A model generated the notes under the pieces. The model worked only from the letters and a program-made list of their open reading frames with translations. It was not told the DNA's origin and searched no databases. The translations under genes and the position numbers were made by a program. From NCBI RefSeq assembly GCF_018977255.1, contig NW_024704742.1, forward strand, positions 69,132,001-69,196,000: 64,000 nt of DNA, in the 5' to 3' direction. Positions 49,796 through 61,839 of the stretch are shown here, piece by piece (position 1 is the first letter of the stretch; every line of letters begins with the position of its first letter). This stretch comes from Callorhinchus milii (Eukaryota).

Positions 49796-50263
49796 AGGAC
49801 ATGTATTGAGGATTACAGAGAGTAAATTGTAATGTGTTCTGTATATATTTTATGCATTTTATAGAACACCTTTAACATTACATCTTAAAGTACATGACAT
49901 CTTAAAGTGTAATTGATAGGTAAACACAGCAACCAATTTGCACACAGTAATTTCTGACAAACAAAGAAATGAATCAAAAAAACGCAAAATACTGCAGATG
50001 CTGGAAATCTGAAACAAAAACTGAAGTCGCTGGGAACGCTCAGATGCTGCCTAACCTGCTGAGTGTTCCCAGCAACTTCTGTTTTTGTTAAAGAATTTAA
50101 TGATCAATTTACGTAGAGGATAGAAGGAGAAATGGTTATGAGATCTTTAATGTTCACCTGAATGGGCAGATATTGATTTTATACGAAAAAAATAATAATC
50201 CTTGCATTTGATACAGTGCCTTTCACATCAAGATGAGTCTCAATGTGCTTCACAAGACTTCAG

Positions 50264-51009
50264 AGTCCTGTAGGGTATTGATTAGAGCACTCGCCTCATA
50301 AGCGAGTGGACCCGGGTTTGAATCCCAGGCAGCGCGAAACGTTAGGCAGGTTTCTTTACTCGACACGCCTCTGTTTACCTAGCAGTAAATAGGATCCCAG
50401 TTATTATTTGATTTGCAGATTACTTTCCAGGGGTAATAATCCCTTCAAAATAAATTAATAAATAACAATAAGAATTGAAGAACTCGTGGAGTCCTGTAGC
50501 TCAGTGGTTAGAGCACTCGCTTTGCAAGCGAGAGACCTGAGTTCAATTCCAGGCAGAGGGCGAAACCTTGGGCAAGTTTCCTTACTCCACACAGAGCCTA
50601 ATAATAATCCCTTCAAAAAACAAAACAATAATAAATTGGTCATTTTCAATCTACGACTGTTTGTGGGACATTGCTGTGCGCAATTGGCTGCCGCGTTCGC
50701 CCACAAATATACAGTCAATTCACTTTACAGTGTGTTCTGTGAAGCGCTTTGGGACGTCCTCCCGACGTGAAAAGCGCTATATCAAATGCAAGGATTATTA
50801 TTATTATTATTAATAATAATCCCTCCAAAAAACAACAATAATAAATTGGTCATTTTCAATCCACGACTGTTTGTGGGACACTGTTGTGCGCAATTGGCTG
50901 CTACGTTTCGCCCACAAATATACAGTCAATTCACTTTACAGTATATCCTGTAAAGCGCTTTGAGACATACAAGCCGCTACATCAAATGCAAGGATTATTA
51001 TTATTATTT
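50264..51009 (+). mobile_element. Nested SINEs: young short-subfamily copy (50486-~50812) between an older 5' half and a 3' half
   Basis: An older head at 50264-50450, a complete young copy, then a 3' half from ~50813 to 51009. Confidence 0.88.
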
Positions 51010-51539
51010 ACTGTACAGTGCAGTGACTATGTGTTTTGTAGGCGAATGCTGTTTTACATCTCATCCAAAGGAATGTATCTGCGACAATGCAAACCTACAC
51101 TGGAACGTCAGCCTGAACTGTGAGCTCAAATCTCTCTCTGGTGAGGGCTGGTCAATGAAAACAGCAGGCACTAGATACAGTGTGTTGATAGCTGATGTAA
51201 CATGCTCACCAATCTCCTGAGAATCAATCCATAGGGTCTGGTTACTAATACATGAAAATAGCAGAAAGTATTTTTTTAAAATCTTATAAGGAATCCTTAC
51301 ATTTGATACAGCGTCTATAAAGGGACTTTGAACTTACTGTCTAGGCTGACACAGTGCTGGGGGAAGCACTGCATTGTCAGAGGTGCCGCTCTTGAGATGT
51401 TAAACCGAGATCTGCCTGTTCGGGTGGATGTCAATGATCTCTCACGTGTGTCTCATGGTGTCCTGGCCAACAATCCTCCAGATTAAAAGAAAATTGGTCA
51501 AATTGTTGTCAGGATATTGGCTGCCGCATTTATCTCCCT

Positions 51540-52160
51540 CCATAAGCTGTAGATTACCCAGAACCCTGCAGCCCGTGTCCTCTCCTACACCAGGCTCCGC
51601 GACCCTATCACCCCCATCGTCGCCCGACTCCACTGGCTTCCCATCACACAGAGGATACAGTTCAAGATCCTGTTCCTCACCTTCAAAGCCCTCCATGGTC
51701 TTGCTCCCCCCTACCACTGTGACCTCCTAACCCCCTACCATCCTGCTCGCTCCCTCCACTCAGTGGGCTCCGGCCTGCTTCAAGTCTAAAAATGCAATCG
51801 ATAGTACTGTCCAACAAGCTTCATCATTACCTCCCCCACTCCCCTCAGATCCCATCCCCAACTGTCCGCCCACCCGCCTTGCCTTCCCCACCATTGGTGG
51901 GTGGACCTTCAGCCACTCTGCCCCCACCCTCTGGAACTCTATCCCGCAGTCCCTCCACCTCATTGCCTCCCTTGTCTCCTTCAAGACCCCTCTTAGGACC
52001 CTCCTCTACGATCGTGGCTTTGTCAGCCTCCTTCCCACCTGCCCTCCACCCTCCCCAATCCCGGACCCCAACTCCGATCCGACACACTGATTGTCCAGTG
52101 CCTTGGGACGTCCTCCTGACGTGAAAGGTGCTTTACAAATGTAATTTTATTGTTGTTGCC
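51540..52160 (+). mobile_element. L2 LINE 3' fragment
   Basis: ctccactggcttcccatcacacagaggatacagttcaagatcc...L2 tail. Same family as 54900-56630. Confidence 0.85.
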
Positions 52161-52342
52161 TACAAATACACAATACGCTTTGCAGAAATCCCTGTTACAT
52201 TCTTTGTTAATTCCAGCTACAGGTAATTTTCCTCACTGAGCTGGAACTCTTAGTCACCTCCTTCCTCCCCCTAGCTCATTGTCAGGCTCCGTCACTGTTA
52301 AGCGCTCCGAGACACTGCTTTGTGTGAAGGGTGCTATATAAA

Positions 52343-52678
52343 TAATAACTCTTGTATTTGATATAGCGCCTTATCATGTCTTTGAGACGTCTCAAAGCAT
52401 TTCACAAAATTTACCCTAAAGTGAATTGACTATATTTTGTGGGCGAAATGGGGCAACCAAAAGAACGCAGCAATGTCTCACAAACAGTCCTAGATGTTTC
52501 TTATATTTTTTTAAGGGATTATTTTCTTCGGAAAGCGATCGACCAATAGAACAACAGAGATCCTACTTACTGCTAGATAAACAGAGGCGCAAGGAATAAG
52601 GAATCTAGCCTAAGTTTTCGCGTTGTCCAGGGATCGAACCTGGGTCTTCTCGCTTGCAAGTGCTCTAACCACTCCACA
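52343..52678 (-). mobile_element. tRNA-derived SINE, diverged
   Basis: Tail and head motifs in reverse complement. Confidence 0.75.
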
Positions 52679-52815
52679 TAAATTCAAGTCGCTGTTATGG
52701 TTTGGTTAGTTTACACTGGCAATGGATTCCCGCTTGAGTCTGACACCCGGCTGACCACAAACCCAAATGGGACCACGTTGATCATAGACCAGCCTGGGGT
52801 CTCCTGCTCACCTAC

Positions 52816-52992
52816 CTCCTGCGGGACATCCTCTTTGAGTAGTAGTGAGGGGTGACGACCGAGCAGTAACGATCCAGACTGATGAAGCACAGGGTGACGA
52901 TGGAGGCCGTGCAGAACATGACATCAAAGGAGATCCACACCTTGCAGAATTGCCGGCCAAACAGCCAGACTCCCGTCACTTCATATATAATG
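52816..52992 (-). CDS. Aminergic GPCR coding exon 2 (ECL1, TM3, DRY)
   Basis: AG/GT bounded, 177 bp. Encodes [48 protein letters not shown], including D3.32. Confidence 0.96.
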
Positions 52993-53039
52993 CTGAGAGA
53001 CAGAGAGCAAGGTCTTACAGGGCACAGATCAACCATCAA

Positions 53040-53278
53040 CAATAACAGCGACAGCTACAAATAAAATAACAACAATAGCAACAACTAGAATAACAATAAC
53101 CATAATAACAACAATACAACAGCAACTAGAATAACAATAACCATAATAACAATAATAATAACGACAACAAAAATAATGAAATAACAATAAAAACAACAAT
53201 AATAATAACTACCACAACAAGAGCAACAATGATAACAGCAATGACAACCCCAATCACAATAACAGTAACAATGACAAG
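53040..53278. repeat. Imperfect (AAT/AAC)n microsatellite
   Basis: Directly visible. Confidence 0.9.
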
Positions 53279-53339
53279 CACCTCCTATACGAGGCCTTCC
53301 ATGTAAGGAGAGCATCTCATAGTACTTCACAGAGGTGCA

Positions 53340-53766
53340 GTTATATTTAATCATTTGATATAACGCTTTATAATGCCATCGAGTCGTATCAAAGCACTTT
53401 ACAGAATGCAACACCAAGTGGATTGACTGTATCTTTTGTGGGTAGAACGCAGCAGCCAGTTTTGCTCACAGTAATGTCTCACAAATACCTGTAAAGTGAG
53501 TGACCAATTTTATTGGGGGAGATTGTTCACCAGGATATCGGGAAAGAGAAACTTCTCTTTTTGAATAGTGCCGTGGGATCTTTAACATCCACCTGAACAG
53601 GCAAATGGGTCTTCATTTTAACATCTCATTCAAACACGCAGTGCTCCCCTAACACTGCATTCCAGCATCAGGCCAGACTGTGAGCTCAAAGGCCCTGATG
53701 TGGGGGCTTGAATCCACAACCTTCTGACTCAAAGAAGAACGCACTACCACTGGTTCAGGCTGACAC
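53340..53766 (-). mobile_element. Older Deu-domain-type SINE
   Basis: Tail, Deu-like body and head (ggctgacac) in reverse complement. Confidence 0.8.
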
Positions 53767-54462
53767 CTAAAACCTGAACTGGAAATAACAGGAAGAAAAT
53801 GATGGAGAGATAGAGATGAATGAAAGGCGGACGGAGGGGAATAAATTAAAAGGGGATTAGAAATAATCCTTTTAGAAAAGTCTGCCTTTAGCCTTTAAGT
53901 ATTACCATGACAGCATTTTGTCAATATATATAATGGAGAAATGAATGGAGGGGATTGGAAGGGTGGGGAAAAAGCACTTGTACGGACTAGCTGGGCTGAA
54001 CGGCCTGTTTCTGTGCTGTAATGTTCTTTATCAGCCCGATTCAGTCAATAGCTTACCCGCTTCTGACACACATGCTCCATGCCAGTGTTTTGTTTAATAA
54101 AAAAACAAGGGTGATAAATACATACAACTCAGATTTATATAGCACTCTTTGAGCGGTAGCATCTCGGAGTGATTAACAGCTGTGTGGCTTGATGCCAAGA
54201 TGGAAAGAGAGAAGAGATGACTGAAGGCACAGTTGAAGAGGTGTGATTGGAAGATGGGCAAACAGGGGCAAGACGGAGATTTGTGACGTAATGCTTATAT
54301 AATAATAATATAATAATAATAATCCTTGCATTTGATATTGCATCTTCGAGACGTCTTAAAAAGCGCTTCACAGAATATACTGTAAGGTGAATTCCACTGT
54401 ATATTTTGTGGGTGAACATATATACATATATGTATAAATAAGATTAAGATCAATTGTCTTAC

Positions 54463-54746
54463 CTGAAGGGCATAACCAGGCAGGCAACTAGCAGATCAGC
54501 AGCAGCTAGAGACATTATGAACATGTAGGTGACTGTTCGGAGTCTCTTCTCTACAACCGGGCAGACAAAGACCACAGCGTTGCCCAGGAAGGTGACCAGA
54601 TCGATGAGGGTCAGCAAAGCACCCACCAATATGCCCTGAGTCGTTATTTGGCCCTCACTCCCATGCCCCTTGCTCCCAGCCAGGCTCCTTCCCAGGGAAC
54701 AGTTGGGGGAGTCAGAAAGGTTGCTGTCCATCCACATTTTGATCAT
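54463..54746 (-). CDS. Aminergic GPCR coding exon 1 (N-terminus, TM1, TM2)
   Basis: Encodes MIKMWMDSNLSDSPNCS (two N-glycosylation sequons)...TFLGNAVV...KRLRTVTYMFIMSLAAADLLVACLVMPF. GT donor in phase 2. Exon acceptor at 54763. The start codon is uncertain. Confidence 0.92.
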
Positions 54747-54899
54747 AATCGCAGGTTGCTTTTCTGGGTTGTTGGAGGAGGGAGGGAGGGAGGGAGGGAA
54801 GGAATAAAACACCAAAGGCTTATCATTTTTTTAAAAAGTAATAATAATTCAGTCACTGAATCCAGGACTGTTTGTGAGACACTGCTGTGCAATTAGCTG

Positions 54900-56630
54900 C
54901 AACAACAACAGCAAAAAAATTACATTTGTATAGCGCCTTTCATGTTGGGAGGACATCCCAAGGCGCTGGACAGAGAGTTACGGACCTGAGCTGGGGTTTG
55001 GGGTGGGGGATGGTGGAGGGCGGGGGGGAAGCAGGGAGATCGAAAGCACGGTCGAAGAGGAGGGTCTTGAAGGTGGCAAGGGAGGGGGTGAGGCAGAGGG
55101 ACTGCGGGATGGAGTTCCAGAGGGTGGGGGCAGAGTGGCAGAAGGCCCGCTCACCAATAGTGGGGCGAGCGAGGCAGAGGACATGAAGCAGGCCGGAGCC
55201 CGCTGAGTGGAGGGAGCAAACAGGATGGTAGAGTTTAGGAGGTCGGAGAGGGGGGAGCAAGACCATGGAGGGCTTTGAAGGTGAGAACCAGGACCTTGAA
55301 CTGTATCCTTTGTGTGATGGGAAGCCAGTGGAGTCGGGCGAGGATGGGGGTGATAGGGTCGGGGAGCCTGTTGCGGGAGAGGATACGAGCCGCAGAGGTC
55401 TGCAGCCTATGGAGGGAAGAGTTGGGGAGGCCGACAAGCGGGGAGTTTGCATAGTCGAGCCTCGATGTAATGAAAGCGTGTGTGAGGGTGAGACAGTGGT
55501 GGAGCCAGACGACGTTGTGGATGAGGGGAAAGGCAGTGCGGGTCATGGCGCAGATGTGGGGTAGAAAGGATAGTTGAGGGTCAAACAAGACGCCAAGGTT
55601 CTGGACTGGCTTAGTGAGGTGGAGTGTGCATCCATGGATGGTGATGCTGTCAGCACCTGAGGTGTGGAGGCGCTGACGGGAGCCAATCAGGAGAGCCTCG
55701 GTCTTGTTGACGTTCAACTGAAGAAAGTTCACTCTCATCCAGGACTTGATGTCTGACAGACATTCTGTCAGGACAGCAGTGGTCCTGGAGTCAAGGGTGG
55801 AGGCAGAGAGATAGAGTTGGGTGTCATTCGCATACATGTGGAAGTTGACCCCATGTCTGCGGATGATGTCACCAAGAGGGAGCATATAGATATGGAAGAG
55901 GATGGGACCAAGGTCAGAGCCCTGAGGAACGCCACACAAGAGGAGATGAAGTGCAGGCAATGTGAGAGGTACGATCTGAACCAGTCAAGGACATCGCCGT
56001 GGAGGTTGAGGTGAGACGAGAGGTGGTGGAGGAAGATAGAGTGGTTGACGAAAGCAGCAAAGAAGTCAAGGAGGACGAGGAGGCAGAGGGAGCCCTGGTC
56101 GCAGATGGACAGAATGTCATTTGTCACTTTGACCAGGGCGGTTTCTGTGCTGTGGGCGGCATGAAAATCCGATTGGAGAGGTTCGAGAAGGGAGTGGCGG
56201 GAGAGGAAGGAGCAAAGCTGAGAAGCAATAACTCGTTCCAGGACCTTGGAGAGGAAGGGGAGGTTGGAGATGGGGCTGTAATTAGGGAGTAGAGAAGGGT
56301 CCAGGGAGGTTTTTTTTTAAGGATAGGGGTGATGACAGCAGTTTTTAAAGGAGTGGGACAGTACCAGAGTACAGGGAGAGGTTAACAATGTCAGTGTGTA
56401 GGGGGGCAAGGAGGTGGAGCTGGGAGGTAAGGAGGTGAGGTAGGGATGGGGTCGAGGGAGCAGATGGTATACGGATTATGGTGGTGATGAGAGAGGAAGG
56501 TGTGGAGGGAGGGGTGGGTAGGGGCCAGGGTGGGAGGAGGAGATGGGGAGGGGGAAGCAGATGCAGTGGCAGAGGCAGCTGAGCGGATTCCTTTGACTTC
56601 GGATTCGAGGAAGTCTAGCATCGCCTTGCA
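54900..56630 (-). mobile_element. 5'-truncated L2 LINE with RT domain
   Basis: Motifs LLVLLDFFAAF, GVPQGSDLGPILF, YANDTQLY and LHWLPITQRIQFK, with frameshifts and an intact 3' tail ending in (TTG)n. Confidence 0.93.
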
Positions 56631-57027
56631 GCATTCCAATTACAAAATATACAGTCAATTTGCTTTACAGTATATTCTGTGATGCCTCAATGATGTGATA
56701 AGGCACTATATTAAATGCAAAGATTATTATTATTATTATTATTATTACAAAACAATCAACTCATCTTATTTCTGTTAAGTTACACAAACAAAGCCATCAA
56801 CTCATTTCATCACTGCAACTAACTTGCTCATCTTGCCACACACACACACACACAACAAATTGCATTTATTTAGTACCTTTCACTTGGAAGGATGTAACAA
56901 GGTACTTGACAGTGACAGGTTTACACCAGAGCTGAGGGTTAGGATCAGAGAGGGGTGGAGGGCAATGGGGTGGGGCTGGGAGGATGACCAAGGGCATGGT
57001 CAAAAAGGAAGGTGTTGCGTCAGGCTT

Positions 57028-57406
57028 TGTGGAGTCCTGTATCTTGGTGATTAGAGCACTCGCCTCGCAAACAAGAAGACCTGGGTTTGATTCCCAGGAG
57101 GGTGAAACTTTAGGCAAATTTCCTTACTCCACATACCTCTGTTTACCTAGCAGTAACTAGGAACCCGGTTTCTAGTCGATTGGCAGATCATTTTCTGGTG
57201 GTAATAATCCCTTCAAAAAATAATTTTAAAAATAATAATTTGATTATGATCCACGACTGTTTGTGGGACACTGTTGTACACAATCGGCTGCAGAGTTTCA
57301 CTCACAAAATATACAGTCAATTCACTTTACAATATATTCTGTGAAACGTTTTCAGACATTTCAATGTGATAAGGCGCTATATCAAATGCAAAGATTATTA
57401 CTATTA
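57028..57406 (+). mobile_element. tRNA-derived SINE (long subfamily) inserted in an L2 fragment
   Basis: Full copy with minus-strand L2 3' sequence on both sides. Confidence 0.85.
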
Positions 57407-58289
57407 TGATTGCAGGAGGCGAGGGAGGAGGCCAGGCAGAGGGGCTCGGGTTGGAGTTCCAGAGGGTGGGGGCAAAAAGGCGATCAACTTATTCCATCAT
57501 TGTAACTAACATGAGTGTGCTCATGTGTGCCCTTCCTCCCTCTGCCAAACACGGGCATGTTAGTTACAGTGATGGAATAAGTTGCCTTTCAACTGAGCCA
57601 TCAACTCATTCCATCACTGTGACTAACCTGTGTGTGTGGCTCTGAGCCCCTCCACCAAACCTAGATCCATGTTCCCCCAAAATGCTTATCTTTCCATCCA
57701 AACCCATCAACTTAATTTCACAGGAACTGACAACTTTCACTCTCACAGTATTTAACTTCTGAGTTAGTTACACTCAAACACAATACAACAAAAATTAAGT
57801 GTGCTCAAAAAAATGAAGAGAGAGAGAAAGAGAGATGGGGGAAAGGTGAGAAAGAAATTCAGAGAGGTCTGAGAATTAATGTAATATTTTATGAATTAAG
57901 CTCTCCAGTCCAATTAGCTAAATTCAGTAAAATATCATTTTAATTCTGTTTATTAATTCACCAATCATGTTTGTCAGATATTGACATTGTATTTTGTGGG
58001 GAAATAAACAAGGAACAAGGGTACAGGTCGGGGAATCGATCAATCAATGAATTAAAGAAACACACAATAAATCTCATCTCTCTCTCTTTCTTAGTTGTGA
58101 TTGTTAAAGTGTTTCAACAGTGTGGAGATATGGATAACTAAAGAGAGTGAGCGAGAGAGAGTGAGAAAAACCTATGGAGAGGATAAATAAAAAGAGATCT
58201 GTACCAGAGAAAATAGAGAGTCAGTAAGAGAGACATTGAAATGGAAAGAGATCTGTACCAGAAAGAGTGCAGTAAGAAAGCTTTATAGC

Positions 58290-58331
<42 letters not shown>

Positions 58332-58510
58332 TATAGTTTCAGTAATAAGGATCATCTTCCTAATTACAAAATAAGTAATATCTATTGTGTTGATTGCAAA
58401 AGATTACTGGACAGAAAAAGTAAAGGAAAACATAGAAAAGGTGGGGAGAGGGAGAGAAAATAGAATAGAAATCAGCAAAGAAAGAAAAAATATCCCATTT
58501 ACACACCTAC

Positions 58511-58562
58511 CTCGGTTTACAAGCAGTGACAAGCTTCCACAAGCTCCAACACAGGTCCCCAT
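58511..58562 (-). CDS. Possible upstream coding exon of the GPCR (MGTCVGACGSLSLLVNR)
   Basis: Strong donor GAG|GTAGGT in phase 1, matching the phase-1 acceptor at 54763 in frame. Lies in non-repetitive sequence near GC/CCAAT boxes. Confidence 0.4.
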
Positions 58563-58814
58563 CCACCTGTCCACGTTGTGTGGAGACCCATCAGAGAGAG
58601 AAGTGTGTGTGGAGGGGAGAGAGATACAGAGAGAAATCCACAAAACCTGACAATATGATTAAAATAGGCTGTTTGCCTCGCCTCAGGGATCACTCACTGG
58701 GTGTGTACGTGTGTGTGTGTTGTTTGCCCCCATCCAGGGGCAGAGAGAGAGAGAGGGGGAAAAGAGAGAGGCTTTGAGATGAGCTGTAACCTGGTTCACC
58801 ACGACCACTGTTAG

Positions 58815-58872
58815 CAGGTTGGGCGGCTTTCACGCCCAATTGGGCGGGCTAGTGTTACACTGGGCGTGAAAA
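58815..58872. promoter_or_regulatory. Candidate GPCR promoter element (GC boxes, CCAAT, palindromes)
   Basis: GGGCGG twice, CCAAT/ATTGG and nested inverted repeats, upstream of the putative first exon. Confidence 0.35.
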
Positions 58873-59082
58873 ACAGCTTTGAGCAGGAGCCTAATATTTG
58901 TCATCTTTAATTTAAACCTACAAAACGGATTTTTTTTCTTCCATTAAAGGCCTTTTCTTACAGTTTTAAAAGGACTAACCTAAATTGTCCACTCTGCTAC
59001 CCAGAGTAGGCAACACATAATATTGGGTTACTTTTTGGCTTGTATTTTTGGTTGACTATGGGCTACAAACTTGTGCTACAAA

Positions 59083-59608
59083 TGTCAGATTCGAACCAGC
59101 CCTCTGTGTCCAGTTCCTGAGCCAGGAGGGCCGCAGTATTCCAGGGCACTGCTGATGACAGCCCAGCCCAGCCTGGCTCATCGGCAGGACCCGGAAGGGC
59201 AGACCAGTCCACGGGGACAGGGAATCATCCCACTTTGCTCTTGCTGACCTATAAGCCAAAGCCCTAACAGGTAGGGTGGTCATGACTGGACAAGCAGCGG
59301 GAAAGCTTGACGGACAGCAATATCAAAGGCAATCTATGTGGTGTTAGCTGGTTAGACTCCAGCACTTACCTCAACGCACACTCTGGGGTTCCCAAGCCTT
59401 GGCTCCTGCCAACCTGCACCTAACACTTTCCGAAATTAGGTAAGCAGGATGTTTAAAGAAACAAGAGCGAGCGCATTCCAGGCCAACAGTCTTTCTCTGG
59501 GGTTTCCATGTGTAGGTGGAAACCATGGAATTCTCAGCTTGGTTTGGATACTCTTCAACATGGTGATGGGTTTCCGCATGTGTCAGATATCTGGCTGTCC
59601 AAAAAAAA
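59083..59608 (+). repeat. Longest copy (~525 bp) of the unclassified interspersed repeat
   Basis: Overlaps all the other fragments. Starts TGTCAGA and ends TGTCAGATATCTGGCTGTCC followed by A8. Confidence 0.85.
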
Positions 59609-59614
59609 TACAGA

Positions 59615-59918
59615 ATTTACTGTAAAGTGAATTGACTGTGTATTTTGTGGGCAAAATGTGGTAGCCAGTTGTGCACAGCAGTGTCCCAAAACCAGTCATA
59701 AATTGGGTGACTATATTATTACTCTTATTTTTTGGGGTTGGGGGGAACCCCAGAAAGTGATCCGCCAATCGACGAACAACTGAGTTCCTACTTACTGCTG
59801 GGAAAACAGAGATGTGTGGAGTAAGAAAACTTGCCAAAGGTTTTGCCCTGCCCGGGAATCGAACCCGGGTTCTCTCGCTTACGAGGTGAGTGCTCTAACC
59901 ACTACACTACAGGACTCC
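59615..59918 (-). mobile_element. tRNA-derived SINE (long subfamily), tail missing
   Basis: Head in reverse complement: ggagtcctgtagtgtagtggttagagc...ggttcgattcccgggcagggc. Confidence 0.85.
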
Positions 59919-60459
59919 AAGAACACATGGAGACAGGGGACCCTTGGTTTTGACAGACAGTGGGGGGCGCCCCCTGCGTTTTGCACCCACCGACCCTCAC
60001 ACTGCTCTCAGCAGATGTGACCACGTGACCAGCCTTGAGTCACTGTTCAGAGCACCAAATTAATCATCTCATCACCAGGAGAGCTTGGTCCCCTTTGATC
60101 CATGAAATGCTGCACTCGAGAACTCCGTGTACGGATATAATCATTGCGCGAGAGGTCTTTTGCCTCTAGCAATAGCTGAGCACCAATCAATTCAGGAGCC
60201 CTGTACCCAGAGCTCAGTGACAGCGAGGACTATTGTCCTCAGACAATTCCTTTGCCATTCCATTAAGTCATCAAAACCGTTCGATTTTTAATTACTTTAT
60301 TCTACCCCTTTGCGCTCGCTTCTTCTTTTTTCCTGTTTGATCGTTCAGCTGCAGTGAACACCATTCGAAGCAAACAAAAAAGGACCTTTTTTTTGTTTTC
60401 TTGAATAATAATCATCCATGCATTTAATACAGCACCTTTCACGTCGGGAGGACATCTCA

Positions 60460-60840
60460 TGGAGTCCTGCAGTGTATTAGTTAGACTACTCGTCTCGCTA
60501 GTGGCAGCACCTAGGTTCGATTACTGGTGGGGCGAAACCTTAGGCAAGTTTCCTTAATCCACACTCCTCTGTTTGCCTAGCAGTAAGTGGGAACCTGGTT
60601 GCTAGTGGATTAGTGGATTGCTTTTCCAGGGAAAATAATCCATTCAAAATAAATAAATAATAGTAATAATTTGGTCACTCAATCAATGACTGTTTGTGGG
60701 ACACTGCTGTGCGCCATTGGCTGCCGCATTTCACCCACAAAATATACAGTCAATTTGCTTTACAGTATAGTCTGTGAAACGCTTTGAAATGTCTCGAAGA
60801 CATGATAAGGCGCTATCAAATGCAAGAATTATTATTATTA
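60460..60840 (+). mobile_element. tRNA-derived SINE inserted into an opposite-strand SINE tail
   Basis: ATCTCA is duplicated at 60454-60459 and 60840-60845. Confidence 0.87.
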
Positions 60841-60907
60841 TCTCAGAGAGCCTCATGGGATTTTACTGTAAACTTTACAGTGTAGTGACTGTGTATTTTG
60901 TAGGCGA

Positions 60908-60938
<31 letters not shown>

Positions 60939-61114
60939 CCACTCACTCTCCTGGCCTCTTTTAACTGTCCTTGAAATATTTGGCACTGGGTGAATATGAG
61001 GGAAATGCCGCCTTGGCATCCAAATAAATATTCCACAATGTTCTGCTCTCGGAATGTGGGTGATTTTAACAACTGGTTAAAAACAGTTGTGTAGTTTTTT
61101 GAAAGCTGTGGGAA

Positions 61115-61355
61115 TGTGTCAGCCTGACTTAGTTGGTGGTGCTCTCACCTCGGAGTCATGAAAGTTGTGGGTTCAAGCTCTCACATCAGGACTTTGAGCT
61201 CACAGTCTAGGATGATGCTCCATTCCAGTGCTGGGGTGTGCTGCGTTGTTGGAGGTGCCGTCCTTTGAATGATACATTAAACCGAGGTCCCGCTTGCCTC
61301 TACAGGTGTATGTTAAAGATCCTGTGGCACTAATGGAAATGAGAAGGGAGTTTCT
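61115..61355 (+). mobile_element. Deu-domain-type SINE, 5' portion
   Basis: gtgtcagcctgacttagttgg...ggaggtgccgtcctttgaatga...taaaccgaggtccc...taaagatcctgtggcacta. Confidence 0.82.
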
Positions 61356-61839
61356 CCACTGTATATCAAATGTATGTATTATTACAAATACAATTATACA
61401 TCTTGTTATGTTAGTCACCGAGTTTGTAATTCGCTCTCAGTCAAAGTGGGGAAACAGAGAAATTACAGCTTCCTTGTTTACCTGTCAAGATATGGAAACT
61501 TTTTCTCTGTATGATAATGAGAGGCACTCGCTCGGTGAGTGACATTGACGGATAAAGTTGCAGTGCAAACGGGGAATTAATTGATTAATTAGTTTGCAAC
61601 CAGACTGAGCATACTAGACGATGTATGGTAAAAAACAATTGCTCTCTTCACTGATCTGTGCTGTGTGTATCGCAAGCAGTCTGATGGGAACCACAGAATA
61701 AATTCAAGGCTATAAGACCTGTCTTTTAAACCTGATGCTTTAAGTTAGTTGATCACAGCCAGGTTGGTCCTTGGGGGGAGGTAAATGGACTCTCCTTGGA
61801 GCTGAACTGGCAATGTGCTTGGCAGTCAATCTTTTATAA

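Noticed and set aside
50486..50562. tRNA-Ala(TGC)-like cloverleaf, and similar heads elsewhere
   Set aside because: Each continues straight into SINE body and tail, and the acceptor stems are imperfect. These are SINE heads, not tRNA genes.
46012..54746. Naming the GPCR HTR4, HTR6, HRH2 or ADRB
   Set aside because: Pocket residues and intron layout do not match any one of them as I recall them, so no symbol is assigned without a phylogeny.
59152..59200. CTGATGA as a hammerhead ribozyme core or snoRNA box C in the unclassified repeat
   Set aside because: No GAAA after a stem II, the motif is not kept in all copies, and there is no consistent box D or terminal stem.
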